A DNA stretch of 64,000 nucleotides, taken from the NCBI GenBank assembly GCA_951813565.1, contig OX638351.1, forward strand, positions 3,712,001 through 3,776,000. The letters are read 5' to 3'. The stretch is from an uncultured Poribacteria bacterium (GTDB taxonomy: Bacteria; Poribacteria; WGA-4E; WGA-3G). Shown here in pieces: positions 40,022-51,463 of the stretch (the stretch's first letter is position 1; each line of letters begins with the position of its first letter). The position numbers and the translations under genes are program-made. The notes under the pieces are model-generated. The model did no database searches. It saw only the letters and a list, made by a program, of their open reading frames with translations, and was not told where the DNA came from.

Positions 40022-42427
40022 ATGAAGTGCTTATTGAATAGATATTTCAAATATCTATGCGCAACAATATTATGCTTCGGTATTCTATTCATCGCGTACT
40101 GGATTCGCATTCAAAATGTTGCGAACATTCCTGATGGGCAGTTTACCGAGAACGATGCATATCTCCACTATTGGCAAGCACAACTTATCTCCGAAAATGG
40201 TAGGCTGCCTGCACGTGACTTTCATCGTTGGATGCCTATGGGTAGAGATTTTGGACAAAGCCTAAATCTCTACCCCTATATTCTTGCTTACACTCACAAA
40301 ACGATTGCGTTATGTTTCCCGAATGTATCACTCTACCACGTTACGCTCTACACCCCCGCCATCTGTTTTGCACTCGGGCTCGGCGTACTTTGTATTTACC
40401 TTTATAGTGCTTTCGGACCGCTTTTTTTCGGCATCGTTGGTATAATTTTGGCAACATTACCTGGTACCATTATCCGCAGTGCTGCTGGATTTAGTGACCG
40501 TGATAGTTGGTGTCTGCTGCTCGGTATTCTTGCCATCACAACCTACCTTACCTCTCTACAGACACAATCCATTCGTAAATGTCTACTATGGACGCTCGTA
40601 AGCGGAATTAGTGTTTTATTTGGAGGACTCTCTTGGGAAGGGTTTGGTGTTTTTGTTAGCGTTATCCTGTTTGTAGAGCTCTGGCGATTTCTTACTTCGG
40701 AAGCAGAGGATGGATTAAATTTTTATTTGTTATGGGTATTAACCTTCGTGCCAACGCTTTACTTTGCATCCCCTGCGTATCGGAGTGGACAAGGTTATGC
40801 AACGCACCTTGTTGCATTTGTACTGATTCCACCGCTGCTCCTTTTCATGCTCCGCTTGCTCCGACATATCCTTATCACTAAAACACCTATTGTTAACAAG
40901 TTCGGTCTAAATGCACGTCTCCTTGCCTTTGCCTTAACATTGGTAAGTTTTTTCGGAGCACTCAGCTATGTTTTGACACAACTTGATACTTTCGCTAACA
41001 CTACTGTTCCCTTAAGTCAAAATCGACTCATGCAAACCGTCAGTGAATTAAAAGCACCTGATTATAGTTATTGGGTGTACTTATATGGTAACATCTTTTC
41101 CTTAGGAAGTGTCGGTGTCATATTGATTGCTATTCACAATTGGAAAAAAATAGGCACTGCTTTTGCTGTTCCACTTGCTTTGTTCGTGATTGCCACTTTT
41201 GGTCGAGAACATCTTGATGTAGGAATAGGTACAAATTTCAGCAATATCTTCTATTTCACTGCAATTGCTTGTTGTGTTATTGGTTTTCTTCTTGTCGCAT
41301 GGAAGCGAAATAAACAAACAGAAAACGAACTCATTTATGTAGCATTCACCGCATGGTTTCTTTTATGGGGCGCACTCTCCCGTGACACATTACGATTCGA
41401 TTTCTATCTGGGACCCGCCCTCGCTTTCTTTACTGCTGCCTTCATACATTTTCTCTCAAACATTATCAGTGAGAAACTAAGTCATCCAGCACCGGAAAAC
41501 AAGACATTGAATCAACACATCCCACATTCTGTCCTAAAAATTGGAATTTCAGTACTTTTACTTGTCCCTCTCCTATTCTGGACACCTGCAGCACACACCA
41601 AACGCACCTTGTATGTTGCAAAACAACTTCGTAAACCAACTCCTGGCGAAACACCTATTGCAAAGACATTCCACTGGATGAAATCAGAACTCCCTGATAC
41701 CGCTGTTGTTGCTGCGAGTTGGATATACGGTAGCCAACTGAACGTTCTTGGCGGGGTCAAAACCATTATTGACCAAGACCACTATCTGCAACATTGGATT
41801 TATCTCTACAATCGGTATGTTTTCTGTAACCCCAATAACGATGAGGCATTAGAATTCTTAAAAACTCACAACGCTACACATATCATGTTAACCCAACACA
41901 ATATCCTCAACAGTGATGTACATGCATTCGTTGGTAATCATAAAAATTCCGAGCAGTTTAAACCAATATCACTTCAAATTAGCACTAACAAAGCGAAGAT
42001 ACCACAACGCCTCTTAACATCACAACATACTCCATTTAGATATATAGACGTGATAGATTGGAATGCCACAACCCCTGATTTCTTAAATGCCCGCCTAAAA
42101 AACGGTCAAACTACAACGCTTCCTTATGTCGCCCTTTTTAGTAAGCAACGCAAAACATCGCCTACTCAAAAAGTTGGAAATCAACATGGCGGTGTCGTGT
42201 TCTATTTTGATGAACAGCAACACCTTGAAAAAGCTTACTATCTCCCAGCTGCAGGGTGGCATAGCCTTGCCATTCGCCTCTATTTTCTTGGAGACCTACC
42301 TAACATCTTTATTCCTGTTTACCCAACAGATAAAGAAACCACTGCAGATGTTAAGATTTGGAAAATCCGTTATCCATCAGGTATAAAAGAAAATCTGAAA
42401 TATCTCGAAATAGAGTCTGCAGAGTAA
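40022..42427 (+). CDS. STT3/AglB/PglB-like oligosaccharyltransferase-fold membrane protein
   Basis: ENDAYLHY, WMPMGRD, RSAAGFSDRD, SWEG, many TMs, VVAASWIYGSQL at the WWDYG position. Confidence 0.75.
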   Translation: MKCLLNRYFKYLCATILCFGILFIAYWIRIQNVANIPDGQFTENDAYLHYWQAQLISENGRLPARDFHRWMPMGRDFGQSLNLYPYILAYTHKTIALCFPNVSLYHVTLYTPAICFALGLGVLCIYLYSAFGPLFFGIVGIILATLPGTIIRSAAGFSDRDSWCLLLGILAITTYLTSLQTQSIRKCLLWTLVSGISVLFGGLSWEGFGVFVSVILFVELWRFLTSEAEDGLNFYLLWVLTFVPTLYFASPAYRSGQGYATHLVAFVLIPPLLLFMLRLLRHILITKTPIVNKFGLNARLLAFALTLVSFFGALSYVLTQLDTFANTTVPLSQNRLMQTVSELKAPDYSYWVYLYGNIFSLGSVGVILIAIHNWKKIGTAFAVPLALFVIATFGREHLDVGIGTNFSNIFYFTAIACCVIGFLLVAWKRNKQTENELIYVAFTAWFLLWGALSRDTLRFDFYLGPALAFFTAAFIHFLSNIISEKLSHPAPENKTLNQHIPHSVLKIGISVLLLVPLLFWTPAAHTKRTLYVAKQLRKPTPGETPIAKTFHWMKSELPDTAVVAASWIYGSQLNVLGGVKTIIDQDHYLQHWIYLYNRYVFCNPNNDEALEFLKTHNATHIMLTQHNILNSDVHAFVGNHKNSEQFKPISLQISTNKAKIPQRLLTSQHTPFRYIDVIDWNATTPDFLNARLKNGQTTTLPYVALFSKQRKTSPTQKVGNQHGGVVFYFDEQQHLEKAYYLPAAGWHSLAIRLYFLGDLPNIFIPVYPTDKETTADVKIWKIRYPSGIKENLKYLEIESAE

Positions 42428-42538
42428 ATAGGTTCTATCTTTAAACGCCATAAACCTTCGCTACACATAAAATCTATTGACAGTGACCACCGTATCAGGA
42501 TATAATTTGAGAGATTATATAGAGAAAGCATATACAAA

Positions 42539-44848
42539 ATGCAGTTTACATACTTTTGGCCAGCATGGGCAGTTATACTCGGTGTTATCATTGCGGTTTG
42601 CATCACATTATACGGGTATCTCAGAGTAGGCCAACCTTTACATCGTTTACGCCGTTATTCACTCATTGCCTTACGATTTTTAGCCGTTACGATTTTACTG
42701 TGTTGTCTATTAGCACCAGTAATTATAGAAAAGAAAGACGTTACCCCTACGCCCCATCTTTCCATATTAGTTGATACTTCCCGAAGTATGCAATTAGAAG
42801 ACAATTATCTTGGAAAAACCGATACCTCACGTATGAGTCAAGTGAAACAGCTACTGTCCAACGAATCAAGCCAATTTTTAGAAGCATTAAACAGTGAATA
42901 CAAAGTACATCTCTACCGTTTCGATTCAGTTCTCTACCAAGATGCAACCACTGTCGAAAATATTGAACCGAAAGGCACACTTACGGATATCGCCTCAGCT
43001 ATCCGTGAAACAGTGCAGGCGTGGAGAGGACAACCGAACGCAGGTATTGTGTTAATAACTGATGGAGCGCATAATACCTCAAGGTTTTCAGTAGAAGATA
43101 TCGCCGCTTTGAATACACCTGTTTATGCTATAGGTGTCGGTTCACCACAACCACCAAAAGATGTCCAGATACAAAACGTTGATGTTTTGCCTATTGCCTA
43201 CACGGGACATGAAACTGTCATTCGCGTAACTATAGCGCAGACAGGATATAAAACTGAATCAATTAGAGTGTCGCTCCGTGAATCCAATACCAATCGCCTC
43301 GTTGATGCTGCAATGCTTACTTTTCCTCAAGTGAGTGTAGAACAATCGGTTACTTTGAATGGACAACGTATCACGAAAGGCACACAACATATTGTTGAGC
43401 TAAAGCTGAAGCCTGAGACCGAAGGAAATTTTCAGTATAAGGTGGTCCTCCCTACGCTTGAAGGTGAACTGACGAATGCCAACAATGAAAAGACGTTTTC
43501 TATAAAAGTGGTAAAAGCAAAGCTCAATGTCTTTTATCTGGAAGGCAGACCCCGTTGGGAGTACGCCTTTCTCAAGCGCACCTTAGAACGCGACCCAAAT
43601 ATTGAAGCTACTTTTGCAGTTTTGACGAAAAAAGCACCTCCTGAATCAGTCCTCGCGCGTAACGATGGGTATTACCCACAGAACCTCAACACACAACTTT
43701 CGCGGTTTCCTGAAACACGCGAAGAACTCTTCAAATACGATGTGTTGATTTTAGGGGACTTATCTGCTGGGCACTTCACAACCGCGCAACAACAGGCGAT
43801 TGTTGACTTTGTGGAACAACGGGGAAAAGCAGTTATCTTTCTTCCTTCACACAACGGATTAGGCGTAAATGGATTTAGAAATACCGGACTTGCGAGCATA
43901 CTGCCTATTCTAATTCCAGCAAATGGATGTCAAGAACAAGAGAGAGAATTTTCACTTGACCTAACACAATCGGGCATGTTTCATCCAATGCTGCAACTTA
44001 CTGACGATATAGAACGCAATGCTGAAATCTGGCAGAACCTCCCTGCACTTTCCCGCCTTTTTCGCGGTTTTCAACTGAGAGCAGGCGCGACTACACTCAT
44101 CCAAAAACAAACTGGAGAGCCAATACTGATTTTTCAGCGGGTTGGACTCGGAAAAAGTCTTCTTTTCGTTACTGAAGGTGTATGGAATTGGGACTTTGGC
44201 GTAAACATTTTTAAAGACACAACTTATCAAACAGTATACCCCCGTTTTTGGGCACAAGTGCTGCGTTGGATGTCGCAGCAATCAGACGAAAATCGGATAT
44301 ATATTACAACCGCAGCACCGACTTATGCACAAGGCGAAACTGTTCAGATAAACGTTAGAGCATACGCTTATACCTTGCAGCCTCAAAATAATGCCGAAAT
44401 TCAGTTGTTTGTAACATCGCCAAGCGGTTCAACATTTCCGCTGAGAACGCGCACTGAGGCTACAGAAAACCAAACTGCTAATTCAGGCAACTATACAGCG
44501 CAATTGAAGGCAGAAGAAAAAGGAACTTACAAGATTCGTGCTGTTGGTCAAACAGGGAATATGCCTTTGGGAGAAGATGAAATTGAAATTCACGTCCAGC
44601 CACAACTCATAGAATTGGAAGCACCGCAATTGAATGAAACGCTACTCAAGGAACTCACAGAGCAGACCGGAGGTGCATATCTCACTATGGAGGACGCTCA
44701 CGCTCTTCCCGATAAGATTAACACTGTTCAAGATTCTGTCTTTGTTGATACTCAACGCGATTTATGGGCACATCCTCTCATTCTCATCGCTATTGTTGGA
44801 TTGTTAGGGACTGAATGGTTTATACGAAAACGCATTGGACTTGTATAA
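42539..44848 (+). CDS. Membrane protein with vWA and glutamine-amidotransferase-like domains
   Basis: LVDTSRSM MIDAS, GTLTD, LITDG, EGRPRWEYAFL, YDVLILGD, C-terminal TM EWFIRKRIGL. Confidence 0.8.
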   Translation: MQFTYFWPAWAVILGVIIAVCITLYGYLRVGQPLHRLRRYSLIALRFLAVTILLCCLLAPVIIEKKDVTPTPHLSILVDTSRSMQLEDNYLGKTDTSRMSQVKQLLSNESSQFLEALNSEYKVHLYRFDSVLYQDATTVENIEPKGTLTDIASAIRETVQAWRGQPNAGIVLITDGAHNTSRFSVEDIAALNTPVYAIGVGSPQPPKDVQIQNVDVLPIAYTGHETVIRVTIAQTGYKTESIRVSLRESNTNRLVDAAMLTFPQVSVEQSVTLNGQRITKGTQHIVELKLKPETEGNFQYKVVLPTLEGELTNANNEKTFSIKVVKAKLNVFYLEGRPRWEYAFLKRTLERDPNIEATFAVLTKKAPPESVLARNDGYYPQNLNTQLSRFPETREELFKYDVLILGDLSAGHFTTAQQQAIVDFVEQRGKAVIFLPSHNGLGVNGFRNTGLASILPILIPANGCQEQEREFSLDLTQSGMFHPMLQLTDDIERNAEIWQNLPALSRLFRGFQLRAGATTLIQKQTGEPILIFQRVGLGKSLLFVTEGVWNWDFGVNIFKDTTYQTVYPRFWAQVLRWMSQQSDENRIYITTAAPTYAQGETVQINVRAYAYTLQPQNNAEIQLFVTSPSGSTFPLRTRTEATENQTANSGNYTAQLKAEEKGTYKIRAVGQTGNMPLGEDEIEIHVQPQLIELEAPQLNETLLKELTEQTGGAYLTMEDAHALPDKINTVQDSVFVDTQRDLWAHPLILIAIVGLLGTEWFIRKRIGLV

Positions 44849-45318
44849 ATACTTTTTATTTGGATTGACGGTGTTTGTAGTCGCGCAATTTATTGCGTCT
44901 CTTACACTGGTAGAAAGGAAACTGTAGGTTGGGTAGAACATATGCGAAACCTATAGTATCAACTTAAGAAAAAAAATGCTGACTTATCTCTTGTGGGAGG
45001 GCTTTCTAAGCCCGATTTATTACCCAAGGTAGGCGCGTTTTGATGAAGATTAATTTATTAATTCAGTAATTTTAGAGAAACTCCGATGCGGTTGGGAAAC
45101 CGCACCTACCGGGTTTGGAAAAAATTAGAATTACCGAAATATTTTCTTAAGCTTCATTCAGTTTGCGTTCTATGGATGCACAAACTGCAAATTTGTGCTA
45201 CAAGGTAGCACATTAGGTTATAACACTATTTTCAATGATTACTTCTCATTACAGAACCGTGTTTGTAGTCGCGCAATTCATTGCGCCTCTTACATAATAA
45301 AATTGAAAGAATTAGGTT

Positions 45319-46026
45319 ATGTCTGTGTTTGGAAAAATTTGGAAACTATTGCAAATAGACTATTTAAAACTAACCCTTATTGTTTTTTGTTCTTTACTGT
45401 TTTGTGTTGTGGTTAGCACACAGGAAGCAGGTGAACTCTTTACGATTGCGCAAATCCAGTACGGCGGTGGTGGTGATTGGTACGGTGATCCCTCCACTAT
45501 CGGAAATTGGCTGCGTCTACTCCGGGAAAGGACAGAGATTGAAACTGCAGATGATCGGGTTATCTTAAAGTTAACTGACCATACACTTTATCAATATCCG
45601 ATGCTCTATCTCGTAGGACACGGAAATATTCGTCTTACAGAACAGGAGGTTTTAGCACTACGACAATATCTTACAAACGGAGGTTTTCTCTTTGTGAACG
45701 ATGATTATGGATTAGACAAAAGTTTCCGCCGTGAAATAAGTCGGGTATTTCCGAAGCAGGATTTGCAGCCGATTCCTAATTCACATCCAATATACCACTG
45801 TTTTTACGATCTACCGGGGTTACCTAAAATCCATGAACACGATTCAGAACCAGCACAAGGTTTTGGTATTTTTCACGATGGTCGAATGGTACTTTTTTAC
45901 GCTTATAGTGCTGATATTGGTGATGGGCTGGAAGACCCAAGAGTACATCCAGATGACACACCAGAAGTCCGAGAACTTGCCACAAAGATGGCTGTAAACA
46001 TAGCAGTGTATGTGCTTACGCAATAG
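45319..46026 (+). CDS. DUF4159 domain protein
   Basis: YGGGGDWY, YPMLYLVGHG, GGFLFVNDDYG, GLPKIHEHD, DIGDG. Confidence 0.8.
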   Translation: MSVFGKIWKLLQIDYLKLTLIVFCSLLFCVVVSTQEAGELFTIAQIQYGGGGDWYGDPSTIGNWLRLLRERTEIETADDRVILKLTDHTLYQYPMLYLVGHGNIRLTEQEVLALRQYLTNGGFLFVNDDYGLDKSFRREISRVFPKQDLQPIPNSHPIYHCFYDLPGLPKIHEHDSEPAQGFGIFHDGRMVLFYAYSADIGDGLEDPRVHPDDTPEVRELATKMAVNIAVYVLTQ

Positions 46027-46089
46027 ACGTTTTCTGTCCCTACAATTTGGAAACATTAATCTCCATAAGAGCGAACAAAGGAAATCAAA

Positions 46090-49000
46090 ATGCCAAATCA
46101 AAACATAAATCAGATTTACCAATCCATCATTGCCAAACTTAGTGCTGTGCGCCGAACTTGGCGATGGCTCATTTTATCCGAAAGTTTTCTCAAATGGGTC
46201 AGCATGCTTGCATTTGTAATGACAGCAGTGCTTCTCTGTTTTCAGCTCCCGCTCCACCATTTTTTGCGTAGTAGCATTGTTATGCTTTCTATAGGTGCTG
46301 CTATCTACATCACTATTCGACTGCTTATTCGCCCACTATTACGCAAATTACCTCATTCGACGGTGGCCGCATATCTTGAGAAAACGTATCCAACTATCCA
46401 AAATAGAATACTTAGCACTGTCCAGCTAAAACCGACACTGGAAGACAATCGATTGGGGTACGCACCAGAATTTGTTGAGCAGCTAATTTCGCAAACACAA
46501 CACGATATTGAGAAGATTGAATCGAAAAAGATTTTTCAGAACGAATTCCTAAAAATAAAGCGGCATGCAGGGATAGCTGTAATCGCTTTGGGAATCTTAA
46601 TGCTTACAAACTTTCTCTTACCTTCTGCATTGAAAGGGTTTACCCAAACATTCGAAACTTTACCAAAAACGCCAATGGAAGGGTTTACAGCGCAGATAGA
46701 AGAGGTCCGCCCCGGGAACATTCAAATTAAGCGAGCTGAAGATGTTACCGTCACCGCAAAAGTCAGTGGGCATCTTGATGCCCCTGTTCATGTTTATTAT
46801 CGTCTGGCAAATGAAAATGTAAACGTGCCAGAACCTTCAAATACAGACATCAATACCCAAAAAGATGAAAATCAATTACCTCATCTGTCGGATAGTGAAA
46901 CATGGCAATCTTTGCTGATGAATCGGGAACCCACTGATATTCTGTATAACGCGACTATTGAAAACATTGACCGATCGCTGCAATACTATGTTTCAACTAA
47001 AGACATAGCATCTGAGCAATATCAGATTGCGGTCCGCCATGAACCGATTGTCAAAACCTTTCAACTCCAACTGAACTATCCTGCATACACACAACTGCCT
47101 TCCCAAACGCTTGAAGCGAATACGGGTAATACCGAAGTTCTCTATGGAACAGAAGTCGTCCTTACAGGAGAAAGCAATAAGCCGCTTACAGAAGCACATC
47201 TGGTTTTTGAAGAGGCTGATCTCATCAAGCTTAGCATCGAAGAGTCAACCGAAATAAAAGGGAGTTTTATAGCAAAGCAAGCAGGAAAATACCACATTCA
47301 AATTCAAGATACAGATGGTTTGACAAACACCGATCCGCTCACATATACGCTCAATGTTTTCAAAGATACTGCCCCCCAAGTAGAGATTATTGAACCCGGC
47401 AAAGACCTTGTTTTAGATAATGATATGCTCGTGAAACTCAAAGTTGAAGCAACTGATGATTACGGTATTCAGGCACTTCAATTGGTACATCGCATTCAAA
47501 AAGAGAATACCGATGACATTACTGTTACGCTAAAGCAAGTTCCCACATCCACTGCACCACCACAAACATCGCATTTTCTCACATATACTTGGGATATTGA
47601 CCCACTCGGGCTATTTCCGGGTGAAGTGCTCTCTTACTATGTACAGGCACTTGATATTGACGATGTTTCTGGTCCCAACATCGGTAAATCGCGCACGTTT
47701 ACGCTTCGTTTTCCGACACTTGACGAATTATATGATGAACTTGCTGCTGAACAGGAAACTGAACAACTCAGTCTTGATGAATTATTTGACGAACAGACGG
47801 AAGCTACTGGAATAGTTGACGAACTTCTGGATAAAATCCGAAAGTTCAGAGAATTGTCACTCTCAGACGAGAAACTGATGCAGCAGGTTGTTGAATCGCA
47901 AAAGGAGATTGAGCGGAAGGCAAACGAACTCATCGCAGAAATGGAACAGACAGCGTCTGAAATGGAGAAAAACCAACTTTTTGAACCTGAAACGATACAA
48001 AAATATCAAGAACTCCAAGAGTTGATGAAGGAAGCACTATCTGAAGAACATCAGGAACTCTTGAAAAAATTGAGTGAGGCATTAGCAAAACAACAATTAT
48101 CTGAACAAGAAAACGCAATGACTGAAGCCAATTTTAATCAGGAACAGTTTCAACAACAACTTGAACGGATGAAATCGCTCTATGAACAGCTTATTATGCA
48201 ACAGAAACTTGAAGCAGCTGCAAAACAGGCGCAAGAACTCGCGGAACAGCAAAAGCAGCTGATGGATTCATTAGATACATCTGTGCCAGAAAAAACAGCA
48301 GACTCATCAAAATCGGAGTTGAATGATGCTGCACAAAAGGAAGATCGGATTAAGCAAGAATCTGACAAACTTAGCGATAAATTGGATACACTCGGCAATG
48401 AAATGTCTGAAATGGCAAAATCCCAAGAAAATGCTGCACCACAAATCCAGCAAGTTGCTGATGAGGTAAAGCGGCTAAATCAATATGCACAGGATCAGAA
48501 ACTTTCTGAAAATCTGCAAGATACAAGCGAAAGTTTGCGGGATGCCCAGAAACAAGATGCGCAGCAAACCGGTAGACAAGCGGAACAAACCATGACAGAA
48601 TTGGCACAGGGGTTAGATAATGCTTTGGAATTTATGGAAGGCGCAAATTCCAACCAAGCATTAACCGCAATGCAGGAAGCAGTTAAAAGTGGTCTCTATC
48701 TTTCTCACCTTCATGAAAAAGTCATCAATCAAACGAACGAACTCATAATCACAAACCTGGAGGATTATATTGAGAGTGAAATTCATCAGCTGCAACAGCT
48801 CGCCGCAGATGAAATCAGTGCCGCCAAAGGTATAGCGCAGCTTGCAGATAAACTTTGGGAACTTGGAAAACAGCAGATGGAGATTGATCCGAGGATAGTA
48901 TGGAGGCTAAATGCTTCCAGCGATGCGCTGAACCGTGCCGCACGCGCACTGGAAGATAGACAGACGAGTCTTGCGCTCCCTATTCAAAGAGGTGGTCTCG

Positions 49001-49635
49001 CTGACATCAATCAAGCAGTTTTTGACTTACTTAACGCTATGGCGCAAATGAATCAACAGATGGGGGCAGGCGGACTACAAGATATGCTGGAACAACTACA
49101 ACAACTCGCGCAAAGTCAAGAACAGCTCAATGAAATGGCACAAAACCTCAGTCAGCAGATGCGAGAACGTGGACAAACACCCAGCTTACAGCAAAGACTT
49201 GAAAGGATTGCTGGCCAACAACAACTTATCCGTGAGGCAACAGAAAGGCTGGCAGAAATCGCTGAAAACGCTGCGGAGATACTTGGAAGCCTAAAGGATG
49301 TTGCTGAAGAGATGGCGGAAGTCGAGAAAAAGCTTGGACAAGGCACACTCGATGACCAAGTTATTGACCAACAGCAACGTATTCTGACCAGAATGCTTGA
49401 CAGCTTAAAATCACTACAAAAACGCGATATCGGCAGGCAGCGGAAAGCACAAGTTGCCAAAAAACCTACTGCGACGCCACAAGAGGTACCGCCACTGCAT
49501 CCTGAACTATTAGAAATCGTCCGCAAACTTGAAACCACACCCAACGCCAAGGAATTGGAAAATATCCCATTTCAATACCGTGAACAACTTAGACAGTATT
49601 TCAAAGCACTCTCACAAAAGACAGTGGGTGAATAG
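46090..49635 (+). CDS. DUF4175-like membrane-anchored Ig plus long Q/E-rich coiled-coil protein
   Basis: N-terminal TMs, YPAYT, ATDDYGI, long Q/E helical region, C-terminal PFQYREQLRQYF. Confidence 0.75.
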   Translation: MPNQNINQIYQSIIAKLSAVRRTWRWLILSESFLKWVSMLAFVMTAVLLCFQLPLHHFLRSSIVMLSIGAAIYITIRLLIRPLLRKLPHSTVAAYLEKTYPTIQNRILSTVQLKPTLEDNRLGYAPEFVEQLISQTQHDIEKIESKKIFQNEFLKIKRHAGIAVIALGILMLTNFLLPSALKGFTQTFETLPKTPMEGFTAQIEEVRPGNIQIKRAEDVTVTAKVSGHLDAPVHVYYRLANENVNVPEPSNTDINTQKDENQLPHLSDSETWQSLLMNREPTDILYNATIENIDRSLQYYVSTKDIASEQYQIAVRHEPIVKTFQLQLNYPAYTQLPSQTLEANTGNTEVLYGTEVVLTGESNKPLTEAHLVFEEADLIKLSIEESTEIKGSFIAKQAGKYHIQIQDTDGLTNTDPLTYTLNVFKDTAPQVEIIEPGKDLVLDNDMLVKLKVEATDDYGIQALQLVHRIQKENTDDITVTLKQVPTSTAPPQTSHFLTYTWDIDPLGLFPGEVLSYYVQALDIDDVSGPNIGKSRTFTLRFPTLDELYDELAAEQETEQLSLDELFDEQTEATGIVDELLDKIRKFRELSLSDEKLMQQVVESQKEIERKANELIAEMEQTASEMEKNQLFEPETIQKYQELQELMKEALSEEHQELLKKLSEALAKQQLSEQENAMTEANFNQEQFQQQLERMKSLYEQLIMQQKLEAAAKQAQELAEQQKQLMDSLDTSVPEKTADSSKSELNDAAQKEDRIKQESDKLSDKLDTLGNEMSEMAKSQENAAPQIQQVADEVKRLNQYAQDQKLSENLQDTSESLRDAQKQDAQQTGRQAEQTMTELAQGLDNALEFMEGANSNQALTAMQEAVKSGLYLSHLHEKVINQTNELIITNLEDYIESEIHQLQQLAADEISAAKGIAQLADKLWELGKQQMEIDPRIVWRLNASSDALNRAARALEDRQTSLALPIQRGGLADINQAVFDLLNAMAQMNQQMGAGGLQDMLEQLQQLAQSQEQLNEMAQNLSQQMRERGQTPSLQQRLERIAGQQQLIREATERLAEIAENAAEILGSLKDVAEEMAEVEKKLGQGTLDDQVIDQQQRILTRMLDSLKSLQKRDIGRQRKAQVAKKPTATPQEVPPLHPELLEIVRKLETTPNAKELENIPFQYREQLRQYFKALSQKTVGE

Positions 49636-49660
49636 GTTAACACTATAATTGGAGTTCAAA

Positions 49661-51316
49661 ATGCATATTAAATTTAAAATTCCCTTAATCTTATTCCTAA
49701 TTCTCTTTATTGCTATTTCTGCCCGTGCTCTCACTGATACAGAAATAGACGCACTCATCGGTAGTATGTCAGTTGAAGAAAAGGTCGGACAGCTTCTTAT
49801 TTTTGGCATAGGCGGTAAACAAGTAGGGACGGTTGCCAAAGCACATATTGTCAAACGTTTTGTTGGCAGTGTTATTCTTTATGATCGGAACGTCCAAGAC
49901 CCCGCACAGGTGGCAGCGTTAACGTTTGCACTCCAAAAAACTGCTCAAGAAACACCCAACGCTATTCCGTTGTTCATTGCAATTGACCAAGAAGGTGGCA
50001 CTGTCGCGCGGTTACGTAAGGGTGCTACAGTTTTACCCGGTAACCTTGCTTTAGGTGCTACACGATCTGTGGCATTGGCAGAAAAAGCGGGGGAACTCAC
50101 TGCTATTGAATTAGCAACTGTCGGCATTAACCTAAACTTTGCCCCCGTTATGGACGTTAATACCAATCCACACAATCCGGTTATAGGGGTTCGCGCCTAT
50201 GGAGAATCTCGAGACCTCGTCTCGCAACTTGGAACTGCTTACATCCGTGGATTGCAGCGATACGGTGTGCTTGCTACAGCCAAACACTTCCCCGGACACG
50301 GCGATACCAATGTCGATTCGCACAAAAAATTACCTATTGTTACACATAATAAAAAGCGGATCAATACCATTGAATTGGCACCTTTTCACGCTGCAATTAA
50401 AGCAGATGTAGCCGCTATTATGTCAGCACATATCCTCTATCCAGTACTCGACCGAGAGATGCCAGCAACGCTTTCATACCCAATACTCACGAGACTCCTC
50501 CGCCAACAGTTCGGTTTCGACGGACTTATTATCACAGATGATTTAGAAATGAAAGCGATTGATGACCAATACGAAACAGGCAACGCTGCTGTCTTAGCGA
50601 TTCAAGCGGGTGCTGATATGGTTATGGTTCCGTGGACTCTAAAAAAGCAGCAACGCGTTTATAACGCACTCCGCCAAGCTGTGCACCGCCGAGACATCAC
50701 TGAAAGACGACTCAACAACTCCGTGCGACGTATCTTAAAAAGCAAAGATGCTTGCGGTGCTTTTGATAAACCGTTAGTCCCTATAGAAAATCCAAATGCT
50801 ATAAACTCGCCTCTTGCCGTTGTGGGAAGCAGACAACACAGAGAAATCGCTCAAACTATCGCAACACAGGCGATAACCCTCGTCAAAAACACAGGCGGTA
50901 TACTCCCTTTGAGCCAAGAACCACAAGAACCTGTTTTAGTCATTAGTCCGGCACGTGAATTTTCTAACACTTTCCTCAAGGCACATACGGATATTACCCA
51001 CATAAACCCTGTTTTAATTCCCGCGCAATTGAACGCGAAGCAGTTAGCACCGGTACTGTTGCTATCTAAACCCTCGCTTATCGTAGCAGGAATTGTCAAC
51101 GCGCAGCAAGCCAACCTTATTCACGAATTGAGCCAAAAAACCGATATCCCGATCATCGTTATTTCGCTTAAATCGCCCTATCTACTTGGCAAATGCCCCG
51201 ATGTCGCCTGTGCTATCGCTGCATACGATGGCAACTACTTTTCTGTTGCTGCTGCTGTGGATGTGTTGTTAGGTAAAAGACAAGCAACAGGAAAATTGCC
51301 AGTTACAATTCCGTAA
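49661..51316 (+). CDS. nagZ: Beta-N-acetylhexosaminidase, glycoside hydrolase family 3
   Basis: IDQEGG, NFAPVMD, KHFPGHGDTNVDSH, ITDDLEM; signal peptide. Confidence 0.9.
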   Translation: MHIKFKIPLILFLILFIAISARALTDTEIDALIGSMSVEEKVGQLLIFGIGGKQVGTVAKAHIVKRFVGSVILYDRNVQDPAQVAALTFALQKTAQETPNAIPLFIAIDQEGGTVARLRKGATVLPGNLALGATRSVALAEKAGELTAIELATVGINLNFAPVMDVNTNPHNPVIGVRAYGESRDLVSQLGTAYIRGLQRYGVLATAKHFPGHGDTNVDSHKKLPIVTHNKKRINTIELAPFHAAIKADVAAIMSAHILYPVLDREMPATLSYPILTRLLRQQFGFDGLIITDDLEMKAIDDQYETGNAAVLAIQAGADMVMVPWTLKKQQRVYNALRQAVHRRDITERRLNNSVRRILKSKDACGAFDKPLVPIENPNAINSPLAVVGSRQHREIAQTIATQAITLVKNTGGILPLSQEPQEPVLVISPAREFSNTFLKAHTDITHINPVLIPAQLNAKQLAPVLLLSKPSLIVAGIVNAQQANLIHELSQKTDIPIIVISLKSPYLLGKCPDVACAIAAYDGNYFSVAAAVDVLLGKRQATGKLPVTIP

Positions 51317-51428
51317 AGCCAATTCGAGATACATCTTTTTGCAGGATATATTACCAATAAGACGCATCGAATATTGTAAAATCCAATAAAATCCCAATAT
51401 GTTTCCAATAACCCGCCACATATTCTAT

Positions 51429-51457
51429 TTGATTCACACAAAAAAGTATCGTATAAT
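51429..51457 (+). promoter_or_regulatory. sigma70-type promoter for the candidate ncRNA
   Basis: TTGATT-17bp-TATAAT, with no credible ORF downstream for over 1.2 kb. Confidence 0.65.
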
Positions 51458-51463
51458 TAACAC

